This document shows positions 8,225 to 18,384 of a stretch of 64,000 bases of DNA, one piece after another. Where the stretch lies: positions 282,980-346,979 of the forward strand of contig JBFWOS010000002.1 in assembly GCA_050250375.1 (NCBI GenBank), read 5' to 3'. The notes beneath the pieces were generated by a model. The model was not told the origin of the DNA and made no database searches. It saw only the letters and a program-made list of their open reading frames with translations. Numbering within the stretch: position 1 is the first letter of the stretch; every line of letters begins with the position of its first letter. A program made the position numbers and the translations under genes. Source of the DNA: Candidatus Omnitrophota bacterium. GTDB lineage: Bacteria; Omnitrophota; Gorgyraeia; Zapsychrales; Zapsychraceae.

Positions 8225-9931
8225 ATGGCCGATGGGAATATGGATAGAACACGAGAGGGCAAAGAAATCATAGAGATTGATTTGCAGGATATTATTCGAA
8301 AATTGTTTAAACATAGGGCGACGCTTATTAATACGGTTTTTATTGCAGCGGCTGCTTCGCTGGTTTATTCATTCACGACCATACCGGTTTACCGGGCGAC
8401 CAGCCGGGTCATGGTGGAGCGCCGGGCTCCTAAAATTGTCAAGGTCGATGACATGATTATTCCAGATCAAACCGACCAAACCAATTTTTTCAACTCACAG
8501 GTAGAAATTCTAAAGAGTCAGACTCTGGCTAATTTGGTCTTCCAGGAACTCGGCACCTACGAACCGGCCTCCAGGCGCGGCAAATCGGCGGATCAGCTTA
8601 AACCGATTACTAAATCCGAACGGCTTGAGGCCTTGCTTGAACAGATCATCATTTTTCCGGTCCGGATGACTCAGATCATTGATGTCAGCGCGGATGATCC
8701 TGATCCCCAACTAGCTGCCCGAATCGCGAATACGTGGACACAAGCATATATCTTTTTATCATCGGTTGACCAGCTCATCCAACGGCGCAGTGAACTGGAG
8801 ATAGATATGTACCAGCGTTCAAAATATCTTAAAGGAAAGAATCCGGTCATTTTGGGGTTGCAGAGTGAAATTGAGGCGATCGACGAAAAAATTCAAAGTG
8901 AACGCTCGCGGCTGACTTTGGTGAGTAATCAGTCCCCGGAGAATACGACCTGGGGCGGTAATACATCCAATGTTAAAATTATTGACATGGCAACCGTTCC
9001 CGTAAATCCGGTTCGGCCGCGCAAGGCGTTCAATCTGGCCTTGGCAATTGTTTTTGGGATATTTTTCGGCGGAGCGCTGGCCTTTTTGTTTGAATCGCTG
9101 GACCATACGATCAAAACCGCGTTTGATCTGGAACAGACCATCAAAATGTCCTGTCTGGTCGCAATTCCGGCGTTTAATAACAAAAATGCACCCAAAGATT
9201 TGATCCCTGAATTCATATCCGAGAAAATCCGCAGTTCACTGGTCGCAGAATCTTTTAGGCATTTGCGGACTAACATCGTCTACAGTAATCCAGATTTTCC
9301 ATCGCGGACCATTATGGTTACCAGTTCTTCCACGCTGGAAGGCAAGACCACGACGGCCATTAACCTGGCGTGCGTGTTCGCGCAGGCCGGGGAGCGTACC
9401 ATTGTGATTGACACCGATATGCGCAGTCCGCGTCTTCAGGCGGTATTCAGGACAGAACGCATCGAAGGGTTGTCCGATGTCCTGATTTCAGAGAAGGGAG
9501 ATGTCCGGCCATTTATTCAGAAAACCGATATTCCAAACCTGGATATCATAACTTGCGGAAAGATTCCGCCGAATCCTTCGGAACTTCTGGTGTCCAAGAA
9601 AATGGAGGATGTCATTACTAAGCTGTCAAAGGATTATGATCGGGTGATTCTAGATACACCGCCGGTATTAGCAGTCACGGACGCCGTGATCCTTTCGACA
9701 AAAGTACAGGCGATTATTTTTGTTGCCCGTTCCGGGTTCACCCATCGTCAAGCTGTGCTTAGCAGCATCAAGACTCTCAAGTCCGTTAACGCGCGGATTT
9801 TAGCCGTTGTGTTAAACATGGTGGATTTTTATGGCCATGGAGATCACTATGGTTATTCACTTTACGACCCGAATACCCGTGCGAAGATAGCAGCAAAAAC
9901 TAAAGCCAAAGGTTTTTTCAAAAACTTTTGA
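8225..9931 (+). CDS. polysaccharide co-polymerase (Wzz domain) fused to a BY-family tyrosine kinase, Wzc/EpsB-like
   Basis: Two TM helices flank a periplasmic coiled-coil region. Walker A SSSTLEGKTTTAINLA. Walker B VILDTPPV. Tyr-rich C terminus (DFYGHGDHYGYSLYD). ATG at 8225 with an RBS. Confidence 0.8.
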   Translation: MADGNMDRTREGKEIIEIDLQDIIRKLFKHRATLINTVFIAAAASLVYSFTTIPVYRATSRVMVERRAPKIVKVDDMIIPDQTDQTNFFNSQVEILKSQTLANLVFQELGTYEPASRRGKSADQLKPITKSERLEALLEQIIIFPVRMTQIIDVSADDPDPQLAARIANTWTQAYIFLSSVDQLIQRRSELEIDMYQRSKYLKGKNPVILGLQSEIEAIDEKIQSERSRLTLVSNQSPENTTWGGNTSNVKIIDMATVPVNPVRPRKAFNLALAIVFGIFFGGALAFLFESLDHTIKTAFDLEQTIKMSCLVAIPAFNNKNAPKDLIPEFISEKIRSSLVAESFRHLRTNIVYSNPDFPSRTIMVTSSSTLEGKTTTAINLACVFAQAGERTIVIDTDMRSPRLQAVFRTERIEGLSDVLISEKGDVRPFIQKTDIPNLDIITCGKIPPNPSELLVSKKMEDVITKLSKDYDRVILDTPPVLAVTDAVILSTKVQAIIFVARSGFTHRQAVLSSIKTLKSVNARILAVVLNMVDFYGHGDHYGYSLYDPNTRAKIAAKTKAKGFFKNF

Positions 9932-10006
9932 GTGTCGGATGACGAGAAAATATTTAGAACGTAGCGGTGCCACTGCCGGCAAGTGATTTATTTTGTGAGT
10001 TATTAA

Positions 10007-11320
10007 ATGAACATGGATTATGTTAAAATCGAAAATTTATTAACGCCGACAAAAATCAATTTTTTGTGGATGATGCTGGCCAATGGCATTTATGCGTTGT
10101 GTCAATGGGGGATGCTGATTGTACTGGCCAAGCTCGGGAGCCCCGAAATTGTTGGGCAGTTTGCCCTGGGGATAGCCATCACGGCACCGGTGATCATGAT
10201 AGCGAACATGCAGCTTCGCGGCGTTCAGGCCACGGATGCCCGCAAGGAATATTTTCTCGCCGATTATATGGCCGTGAGAATTGCCTCAACGGCCGTTGCT
10301 CTTCTGGTAATCCTCCTGATCCTTTATCTTGGTCATTTTAGCCGGGAGGTTTTTTTTGTCACGGTTATTCTCACCCTGGCCAAAGCCGTAGAATCGCTCA
10401 GTGATGTCTTTTACGGATTTTTCCAACAGCATGAAAAAATGGGTTTTCTGGCCGTATCCATGATTATAAAAGGGATATCCTCCGTCGGTGTTTTAGCCTT
10501 TATTTTTTATATATCTTCCAGCTTACGGTGGGCCCTGACCGGCTTGTTCTGTGTCTGGCTAGCGGTGCTCGTATGTTATGATGTCAGCCGCGTTAGACCT
10601 CTGGTCAAAATGACGGAAGGAGCGACTCACGGCGATTTGCTCCGCTCCATCGTTACAGCATTTTCTAATCGCCGGAAATTTCTCGCGCGAATGATTCTCA
10701 TGGCTTTCCCATTGGGGATTGTGATGGGGATTATATCCCTAAATTCCAATATTCCCCGTTACGCGATTGAAAAATTTCTCGGAGCGAGGGACCTCGGCAT
10801 TTTTGCGGCATTGGTATACACGACGGTTGCGGTCAACATGTTTATTCTGGCCCTGGGACAGGCGGTGGCGCCAAAAATGTCCCGGTGTTTTGCCACGAGG
10901 GATATTCCGGGTTTCAAATCTATTCTGAATAAAATGATCGTGATCAACCTTGTGATTGGCCTTGCCGGTGTTTTAGTGATTTCTGCCGGTGGAAAATGGA
11001 TCTTGTCATTATTGTACACAGCTGAATACGCTGATTATTCAAATTTGTTTATCCTCCTAATGGTGTGTGCGACCGTCATGGGGATTGCATCAGCCTACGG
11101 GTTTGCGATGACCGCCGCGCGGCAGTTTAAACTGCAAGTGCCGCTGTTTTTAGTTGTACTTTTTTCCACAGCACTCATTTCTTACATATTTATTCCGCAG
11201 TTCAAGCTGAACGGCGCTGCGTTAGCCCTTCTTGTGTCCGCTGGTATACAGATTGGCGGAAGTGCGCTGATCGTTCAGCGTGAAATTAACCGAGCAGTCC
11301 GGGAAGGGATGTCCCTATGA
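10007..11320 (+). CDS. oligosaccharide flippase Wzx (MOP superfamily)
   Basis: About 12 TM helices. N-terminal pattern typical of polysaccharide biosynthesis protein family flippases. Confidence 0.65.
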   Translation: MNMDYVKIENLLTPTKINFLWMMLANGIYALCQWGMLIVLAKLGSPEIVGQFALGIAITAPVIMIANMQLRGVQATDARKEYFLADYMAVRIASTAVALLVILLILYLGHFSREVFFVTVILTLAKAVESLSDVFYGFFQQHEKMGFLAVSMIIKGISSVGVLAFIFYISSSLRWALTGLFCVWLAVLVCYDVSRVRPLVKMTEGATHGDLLRSIVTAFSNRRKFLARMILMAFPLGIVMGIISLNSNIPRYAIEKFLGARDLGIFAALVYTTVAVNMFILALGQAVAPKMSRCFATRDIPGFKSILNKMIVINLVIGLAGVLVISAGGKWILSLLYTAEYADYSNLFILLMVCATVMGIASAYGFAMTAARQFKLQVPLFLVVLFSTALISYIFIPQFKLNGAALALLVSAGIQIGGSALIVQREINRAVREGMSL

Positions 11321-12468
11321 CTATTCCTGATCAGAAAAAAACTATTCGCGTTTTACATGTCGTCGGCGGCATGGATACCGGAGGAGTCGAAACCTGGCTG
11401 ATGCATGTCATGCGCCGGATTGATAGAAGCCTTTACCAATTTGATTTTTTAACACATACCAACAAGCCTTGTTTCTATGATGAAGAAATCAGATCTCTTG
11501 GCGGACAGATTATTCCCTGCCCGCATGCCGCGCGTCCGTGGGAATACGCGAGGTGTTTCCATCGCATCATCAAGGAGCATGGGCCGTATGATGCCGTCCA
11601 CAGCCATGTCCACCATTTTAGCGGGTTTCCGATGATGCTGGCCAAACAGGCCGGTGTGCCGGTCCGTATTTCCCACAGCCATAATGATACTTCCTTAATT
11701 GAAAGCCGGGCCGGATTCGGACGAAAGTGTTATTTGCACACGGCCCTATGGCTGATCCGCCGTTATTCCACCAATGGGCTGGCTTGCAGCGGTGTGGCCG
11801 CCGCAAATTTATTTGGTAAGGACTGGTCCCGTGATTCCAGCCGCCGGATTTTATATTACGGGATCAATCTGGATTCCTTCATGGCGACGGTCCATCGGGC
11901 GGATGTGCGCAGCGAACTGGGTGTGCCGTCAGATGCTTTTGTGGTCGGTCATGTCGGCCGGTTCGCGGAACAGAAAAATCATGATTTTTTGTTGGACGTT
12001 TTTGCCGACTTTTTAAAAAACGAGAAGAACGCCCGTTTACTTCTGGTGGGAAAGGGAATATTAGAAGCAGAGGTTGCGCAAAAAGCTGAACGCCTGGATC
12101 TGATGGACAAGATCATTTTTGCCGGTGTGCGGCCGGATGTTCCGCGTCTTATGTTAGGGGCTATGGATGTATTTGTGTTCCCTTCGCGTTACGAAGGGCT
12201 CGGGCTTGTCATCGTTGAAGCCCAAGCCGCCGGTCTGCCGGTTGTCATGTCTGATGCCATTCCAGAGGAGGCCATAGTTATCCGACCCTTGGTCAAAATG
12301 TTGACTCTGAAGGATGATGTTTCCATCTGGGTTCAAGCCATTGCGGATAGTAGGAGTCTTAATCGGCCGGTCAACGAGTCATACCAAAGCGTTCGGGATT
12401 CAAAGTTTAATGTCATACGGGGTGTGGAAGAATTGTGCGGCATATATGCCGGAAAAACTCAACCATGA
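11317..12468 (+). CDS. glycosyltransferase family 4
   Basis: GT4 E-X7-E region EGLGLVIVEAQAAGLPVVMSD. Confidence 0.8.
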   Translation: MTIPDQKKTIRVLHVVGGMDTGGVETWLMHVMRRIDRSLYQFDFLTHTNKPCFYDEEIRSLGGQIIPCPHAARPWEYARCFHRIIKEHGPYDAVHSHVHHFSGFPMMLAKQAGVPVRISHSHNDTSLIESRAGFGRKCYLHTALWLIRRYSTNGLACSGVAAANLFGKDWSRDSSRRILYYGINLDSFMATVHRADVRSELGVPSDAFVVGHVGRFAEQKNHDFLLDVFADFLKNEKNARLLLVGKGILEAEVAQKAERLDLMDKIIFAGVRPDVPRLMLGAMDVFVFPSRYEGLGLVIVEAQAAGLPVVMSDAIPEEAIVIRPLVKMLTLKDDVSIWVQAIADSRSLNRPVNESYQSVRDSKFNVIRGVEELCGIYAGKTQP

Positions 12469-12511
12469 AAGGGCAGCTGTTTTATACGGATTTAAACGTT
12501 GGACATAACTA

Positions 12512-13678
12512 ATGAACAAATACGATTATACAAATTACCTGTTTTTATATTTCCCTTACCATGTCCTGTTTGCATTTCTGGTCGGCTTGTCTCTTTTTTT
12601 TGATTTTCACAAGACCAGCCGCTCATTGCAGCAAGGGCTGTTTTTTCTATTGATCATCCTGCTGTCGGTTTTCTGCGGCACCCGGGTGGGGTGGAGTGAT
12701 CAGGACGGTTATATGTGGATTTTTGATATGGTACCGCCACTACCCGGGTTTTTGACCGGGCAAACGTATGTGCCGTTTCGGATTGAGTATCTTTATCTTC
12801 TTCTTAATTCTTTTGTGAAATGTTTTTCGCAAAACCCGATGGTTCTTTTCTTGACGGTCGCCAGTGGTGTGGTGACGATGAACCTGTGGGCTTATAGAAA
12901 ATATTCGCCGTATTTTTTTTTAACGGTGCTGGCCTATTATTCCAATTATTATTTTGTAGGAACAATGACCGCCATGAGGCAGGGGATCGCCACAGGCATC
13001 GTTTTATGCGCGGTCTCCCTTTTGACAGGTAAAAAAGATTTAGCGTTTATTGTCTTTGTTATGGTCGCGGCTATGTTTCATTTCTCGGCGATCTTTGCAT
13101 TATTCGGATATGTAGTTTACCGTCTGAATTTTTCTTCGCGTGTTTTGTACTGTTTGGTACTGGGTTCATTGGCGCTTGGTATTTTTTCTCCGGTTTCGCA
13201 CTGGCTGTTCAGCCATTTTCTGTCTTTCAGCAACTTGAATCCACAGATTGAGACGGGATTAAGTTATCTGGAAAATGAGTCCCAAGGTTTTGCTCTCGGT
13301 GTACTGCGGCCGACGTCACTGAAGCAATTGATGATCTGTTTGCTGGCGATCAGATACCGGGAGACTTTAGGTAAACAGATGAAATATTTTGAGGTCTTAT
13401 TCCTTTTTTATTGCGGGGCTACCATCTGGAGGTTTCTCTTTAACGATGTGGCTGTTTTAGCGGCGCGCGTCGCCGGATTGCTCAGTTTGGGAGAACCTGT
13501 ACTCATCGTTTCATTTTTGCTGTTGTTTAAGCACGATCAGCGCAGGTGGATTGCGCTGGGTATTATTTTACTGGCGGCCGGTTCGCTGTATTTAAATTTT
13601 ATCACCTTTAATTATCCTCCTTATGTTTCGGCTTTATTCGGAGGGATGTACTGGAAAGAAGGATTTTTTGGAATTTAA
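12512..13678 (+). CDS. EpsG/Wzy-like polysaccharide polymerase (integral membrane protein)
   Basis: About 10 TM helices. EpsG-like R-x-G-x-D-x-x-Y motif (GTRVGWSDQDGY). Sits between GT genes. Confidence 0.45.
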   Translation: MNKYDYTNYLFLYFPYHVLFAFLVGLSLFFDFHKTSRSLQQGLFFLLIILLSVFCGTRVGWSDQDGYMWIFDMVPPLPGFLTGQTYVPFRIEYLYLLLNSFVKCFSQNPMVLFLTVASGVVTMNLWAYRKYSPYFFLTVLAYYSNYYFVGTMTAMRQGIATGIVLCAVSLLTGKKDLAFIVFVMVAAMFHFSAIFALFGYVVYRLNFSSRVLYCLVLGSLALGIFSPVSHWLFSHFLSFSNLNPQIETGLSYLENESQGFALGVLRPTSLKQLMICLLAIRYRETLGKQMKYFEVLFLFYCGATIWRFLFNDVAVLAARVAGLLSLGEPVLIVSFLLLFKHDQRRWIALGIILLAAGSLYLNFITFNYPPYVSALFGGMYWKEGFFGI

Positions 13679-13696
13679 CGGAGGTATCCCGAAATT

Positions 13697-14896
13697 ATGA
13701 AAGTTTTATTTGTGCATAGTGTGCGTTTTGTCCGCACTCCTGATGGAAGAGTGTTTGCTGAAGGCCAGTTTTCCTATGAAGGATGGACTCGTTATTTAAA
13801 ATATTTTGATGAATTGACTGTGGCGGGACGTATGTCCGAGCGTACAACGGTACCGGAAAAGTGGAATCTGTCTTCCGGCCCGCGAGTAACATTCATCGGG
13901 ACTCCGGATGACCATGGCCAGCGGCTGAAACAATTACAGCAAGGCGAAGCCCGGTCTATCCTTAAGAAAGCTGTTGCAAATTGTGATGCGGTCATCGTCC
14001 GCCAATCGCAGTTGGGCTGGGTGGCAGCCCAGCAGGCTCGGCGGGCTGGGGTTCCTTGGGCGGTTGAAGTGGTATGTAACAGCTGGGACTCGTATTGGAA
14101 TTATGGGGCGTTGGCCGCGAAGTTGTACGCTCCTGTGGCTGAATGGAAATCCCGCTATTGGATCAAACGGGCGGGGTTTGCGATTTACGTAACCCAGGAA
14201 TATTTACAAAGACGTTATCCATGCCGGGGATTTTCCTGCGGTGTTTCAGATGTTGAGGTTGGATCCGAAACGGATGTTCCCAATGGGGTGGAAAAAAAGA
14301 TAACGCGCTGGAAGACCCGCGATAAAGATGGAGCAAAACCTTTCATCGTTGGTCTCATCGGAGATTTGTTCCATCGCGGCAAGGGACTTCATGTGGCCAT
14401 GAGGGCTATGCGTCGTTTACGAGATCAAGGGATTCTGGTTCATTTGCGTGTCCTAGGGAGCGGCCCCCAGGATGGATGGCTCAGCGAAGCCAGGCAAATC
14501 GGTGTGGAGGATTTACTTTTTTTGAACGGCAGCCTGCCCAGCGGCGGCCCGGTGAAACAATGGCTGGATGATTTGGATATTTATATTCAGCCCAGCTTCA
14601 CAGAGGGGTTACCCCGGGCGCTGATAGAAGCCATGAGCCGGGGTCTGCCCGCATTGGGATCAAAGGTAGCCGGTATCCCGGAATTGCTGGCCTCAGAATG
14701 TCTACATAGGCCGGGAGATGACAAAACGCTGGCCCAACAATTAGCCCGGATGGTACAAGATTCATCCTGGCGGTTACAGCAGGCACAAAGAAATTGGGAC
14801 GAGGCACAAAATTTTTGTGGGAACCGTCTGCAGGCCCGGAGAGACGCCTTTTGGAACCAATTTAGTGAATATGTTATGAAGATAAGGAAAAATTAA
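13697..14896 (+). CDS. glycosyltransferase family 4
   Basis: TEGLPRALIEAMSRGLPALGSKVAGIPE (GT4 C-terminal domain). Confidence 0.8.
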   Translation: MKVLFVHSVRFVRTPDGRVFAEGQFSYEGWTRYLKYFDELTVAGRMSERTTVPEKWNLSSGPRVTFIGTPDDHGQRLKQLQQGEARSILKKAVANCDAVIVRQSQLGWVAAQQARRAGVPWAVEVVCNSWDSYWNYGALAAKLYAPVAEWKSRYWIKRAGFAIYVTQEYLQRRYPCRGFSCGVSDVEVGSETDVPNGVEKKITRWKTRDKDGAKPFIVGLIGDLFHRGKGLHVAMRAMRRLRDQGILVHLRVLGSGPQDGWLSEARQIGVEDLLFLNGSLPSGGPVKQWLDDLDIYIQPSFTEGLPRALIEAMSRGLPALGSKVAGIPELLASECLHRPGDDKTLAQQLARMVQDSSWRLQQAQRNWDEAQNFCGNRLQARRDAFWNQFSEYVMKIRKN

Positions 14897-16845
14897 TGTG
14901 CGGTTTTGCCGGATATTTAACTGAACATAAACTGGACAACGCCTCAGACATCCTGGTGAAGATGGGTAAGACCATCACCCATCGCGGACCGGATGACCAA
15001 GGTGTATGGCTGGATGCTGATGCAGGGCTTGGATTAGCCCATCAGAGATTATCGATTGTGGATTTGTCGCTGGCAGGACATCAACCGATGGTCTCCGTCA
15101 GTAACCGTTATGTGATTGTCTTTAACGGAGAAATTTACAATCATCTCCAATTGAGGGAAGAGTTGTCTAAAATAAAGGCGGATATATCCTGGCGCGGGCA
15201 TTCTGATACTGAAACTTTGTTGGCCGGTTTTGATGTCTGGGGGATCGAAACGACTGTTAAGAAATCAACCGGTATGTTTGCCTTTGCCGTTTGGGACCGT
15301 CGTGACCGTCAGTTGATTTTGGGGCGGGACCGGGTCGGCGAGAAGCCGTTGTATTACGGATGGCAAGGTTCTACCTTTCTCTTTGGTTCAGAGTTGAAAG
15401 CGTTTAAAGCCCATCCTGATTTTCGCCGAGAAATCGACCGTAATGCCCTGGCCCTGATGATGAGGCATAGTTGTATTCCCGCGCCGTATTCCATTTATCA
15501 AGGTATTCATAAATTATTACCCGGGACACTGCTGAAGGTTTCCTTACAGGATCGTGCAAGTCAGCCACGACCGTATTGGGATATTCATCGGACCGTGGCG
15601 AATGGCTTGGCGGAACCGTTCCAGGGGACCCCCGAGGAAGCTGTAGAAGATTTGGACAAAATATTACGCCAGGCCGTTTCTGATCAGATGGTCGCCGACG
15701 TGCCTCTGGGGGCTTTTCTTTCCGGCGGAGTCGATTCATCCGCAGTGGTTGCGTTGATGCAGGCGCAATCGAAACGTCCGGTGCGCACATTCACGATCGG
15801 TTTAAGCGAAGAACAGTATAACGAAGCGGTGTATGCCAAAGAGGTCGCCCGGCATCTTGGAACAGATCACACCGAACTTTATGTTTCCGCCCAGCAGGCC
15901 AGGGATGTTATTCCACATCTGGCAGAAATGTACGATGAGCCATTTTCCGACGCATCGCAGATTCCCACATTTTTGGTGAGCCGAATGGCACGCCAGCATG
16001 TTACCGTGTCATTGTCCGGTGATGCGGGCGATGAGCTGTTCGGAGGTTACAACCGGTACGTGCTCGGTCAGCGGTTTTGGGGAAAGTTATCGTTCCTGCC
16101 GAAAAGTTTACGAAGGATGATGGCCCGCATGATTACCCACGTTGCGCCTGACCAATGGGACCGGTATCTGTCACGAGTTCAAAAAATTTTGCCTTTGGGA
16201 TTAGCTCAGGCCAACATTGGAGACAAGTTGCATAAAGGCGCAGGAGCGATGGCCGCGCAAACACCGGCCGAACTTTACCGTCACCTGGTGACTCACTGGC
16301 CGCAGCCCGATAAATTAGTTCTGGGCGCGACTGAACCGCCAACCATGTTGACAGGTATAGCGTCTGTTCCAAAAACGGATCATTTTGTGCATCAGATGAT
16401 GGCTCTGGACGCGCTCACCTATTTACCGGACGATATTCTTTGCAAGGTAGACCGGGCCGCGATGAGTGTTTCCCTGGAAACACGGGTTCCGCTATTGGAC
16501 CACCGGGTGATTGAATTTGCCTGGCGATTGCCGTTGGAATATAAAGTACGTGACGGTGTTGGAAAATGGATTCTGCGGCAAGTGCTTTACAAGTATGTAC
16601 CACCCGAACTAATTGAACGGCCTAAAATGGGCTTTGGGATTCCCATTGATGATTGGTTGCGCGGACCATTACGCGATTGGGCCGAAAACCTTCTTAGTGA
16701 ATCGCGTCTGCGAGGGGAAGGTTATCTCAACCCGGAACCTATCCGTCAAAAATGGGCAGAGCATTTGTCTGGGAAAAAAAACTGGCAACATCATTTATGG
16801 GATGTGTTGATGGTCCAGATGTGGCTTGAAAACGAGGGAAGATGA
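14896..16845 (+). CDS. asparagine synthetase (glutamine-hydrolysing) family amidotransferase, WbpS/exosortase-associated type
   Basis: N-terminal Ntn Cys (MCGFAGY). PP-loop SGGVDSS. 649 aa. Embedded in the EPS locus. Confidence 0.8.
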   Translation: MCGFAGYLTEHKLDNASDILVKMGKTITHRGPDDQGVWLDADAGLGLAHQRLSIVDLSLAGHQPMVSVSNRYVIVFNGEIYNHLQLREELSKIKADISWRGHSDTETLLAGFDVWGIETTVKKSTGMFAFAVWDRRDRQLILGRDRVGEKPLYYGWQGSTFLFGSELKAFKAHPDFRREIDRNALALMMRHSCIPAPYSIYQGIHKLLPGTLLKVSLQDRASQPRPYWDIHRTVANGLAEPFQGTPEEAVEDLDKILRQAVSDQMVADVPLGAFLSGGVDSSAVVALMQAQSKRPVRTFTIGLSEEQYNEAVYAKEVARHLGTDHTELYVSAQQARDVIPHLAEMYDEPFSDASQIPTFLVSRMARQHVTVSLSGDAGDELFGGYNRYVLGQRFWGKLSFLPKSLRRMMARMITHVAPDQWDRYLSRVQKILPLGLAQANIGDKLHKGAGAMAAQTPAELYRHLVTHWPQPDKLVLGATEPPTMLTGIASVPKTDHFVHQMMALDALTYLPDDILCKVDRAAMSVSLETRVPLLDHRVIEFAWRLPLEYKVRDGVGKWILRQVLYKYVPPELIERPKMGFGIPIDDWLRGPLRDWAENLLSESRLRGEGYLNPEPIRQKWAEHLSGKKNWQHHLWDVLMVQMWLENEGR

Positions 16846-18011
16846 AAATATTAGTTTTGGCGGGATATGCTGATTCATTAATCAAATTTCGTGGTCCCTT
16901 GCTGGAAACGATGGTCAGGGGAGGACATAAGGTGATCGCCTGTGCGTCCGGACATCCCGTTGAGATTGTAGAACGGCTGGAGAAAATGGGAATTATTTAT
17001 CGGGAAATTCCTCTTCAACGGACAGGAATGAATCCAGTCCGGGACATATACACCGTATTTTTTTTATATCGATTGTTGAAGAGAGAACGCCCGGATATTG
17101 TTTTTGCTTACACGATAAAACCGGTGGTTTATGGTTCTCTGGCCGCACGCTGGGCCGGGATACGGAAATGTTATGCGATGGTAACCGGGTTGGGAAATAC
17201 ATTTGATCATTCGGCCGGAAAAAAAAGATGGTTGCATAAACTGGTTTGTTTTTTATACCGTTTCAGTCTCAAAAAGAATAAAACAGTTTTTTTCCAGAAC
17301 CCGGATGACCGGAATTTTTTTCTGGCATTGAATCTGATAGGGAAAAATACAACGGCAGCGCTGGTGAACGGGTCCGGGCTTGACTTAGAACATTATACCG
17401 TTGCACCAGTGGCTGAAAATCCGGTGGTGTTTTTACTGATCGCCCGGATCATCCATGAAAAGGGGATTGTCCAATACTTTGAAGCGGCCCAACAGTTAAA
17501 AAAACGGTACAGCAACATGATTTTTCGATTGCTCGGAAGGTTTGACACCAATCCTTCTGCCATCAGTCAGGAAACTGTTATGGAATGGCACAAACAGGGA
17601 ATCATTGAGTTTTTGGGATCCGCAGATGACGTCCGGCCGCAGATTGCCGCTGCCAGTGTTTATGTCTTGCCATCCTATTACGGAGAAGGGACTCCCCGAA
17701 CGGTCCTGGAGGCGATGGCGATGGGCCGGCCGGTGATCACAACCGATGCCCCGGGATGTCGGGAGACGATCAGAAAGATAAACAATTCTCCGTGGGATAT
17801 GGAAGAAAAAAAGGGAAGATTTATGATCGGAGCCAATGGTATTTTGGTTCCGGTTAAAGATGTTGAAGCCTTGGCCGCGGCCATGCAGTTTTTTATGGAT
17901 CATCCGCAGGAAATCAGGAGGATGGGACAGGAAAGCCGCCGCTACGCGCAGGAACGTTATGATGTTATTAAGGTCAACGACGTCTTGATGAAAGGCATGG
18001 AGCTACGGTAA
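16842..18011 (+). CDS. glycosyltransferase family 4
   Basis: GEGTPRTVLEAMAMGRPVITTDAPGCRE. Confidence 0.75.
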   Translation: MKILVLAGYADSLIKFRGPLLETMVRGGHKVIACASGHPVEIVERLEKMGIIYREIPLQRTGMNPVRDIYTVFFLYRLLKRERPDIVFAYTIKPVVYGSLAARWAGIRKCYAMVTGLGNTFDHSAGKKRWLHKLVCFLYRFSLKKNKTVFFQNPDDRNFFLALNLIGKNTTAALVNGSGLDLEHYTVAPVAENPVVFLLIARIIHEKGIVQYFEAAQQLKKRYSNMIFRLLGRFDTNPSAISQETVMEWHKQGIIEFLGSADDVRPQIAAASVYVLPSYYGEGTPRTVLEAMAMGRPVITTDAPGCRETIRKINNSPWDMEEKKGRFMIGANGILVPVKDVEALAAAMQFFMDHPQEIRRMGQESRRYAQERYDVIKVNDVLMKGMELR

Positions 18012-18382
18012 TGGCTGAACTGATTTTTAAGCGCAGACAATTTGATGCGGCAACCGCACAAAAATTGCCCTATATGAACGAACAGTTCGAGCAATACCGG
18101 TATCTTCAGCAACTTATATCATTGATTGAAGCCAAAGAAAACAGTCTGGCCGCGTTAAGAGAATTGGCTAGAATTTTAAAGAAGAACGGAGTCGCTTATT
18201 TATTATTCTTGTTCCGGGCGTCACGCGAAAAAACGCCGGTTGGTTTCTTATTAAAATGGTATTTAAAGATAGTCCGGACATTTGTCCATCAAATGGAAGA
18301 AGGTTACTGGGTGAGTCCGAATAATTTAAGGGATAAAACATTCACAGAGTTTCTTTATATTAAATACGGAAAGAATAATTAA
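18011..18382 (+). CDS. hypothetical protein
   Basis: 123-aa ORF translationally coupled between two EPS genes. No recognisable motif. Confidence 0.4.
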   Translation: MAELIFKRRQFDAATAQKLPYMNEQFEQYRYLQQLISLIEAKENSLAALRELARILKKNGVAYLLFLFRASREKTPVGFLLKWYLKIVRTFVHQMEEGYWVSPNNLRDKTFTEFLYIKYGKNN

Positions 18383-18384
18383 GT

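Noticed and set aside
10066-10341. ORF 10066..10341 (+) inside the wzx gene in another frame
   Set aside because: It overlaps a TM-rich flippase reading frame and has an Arg/Gly-rich composition typical of out-of-frame translation.
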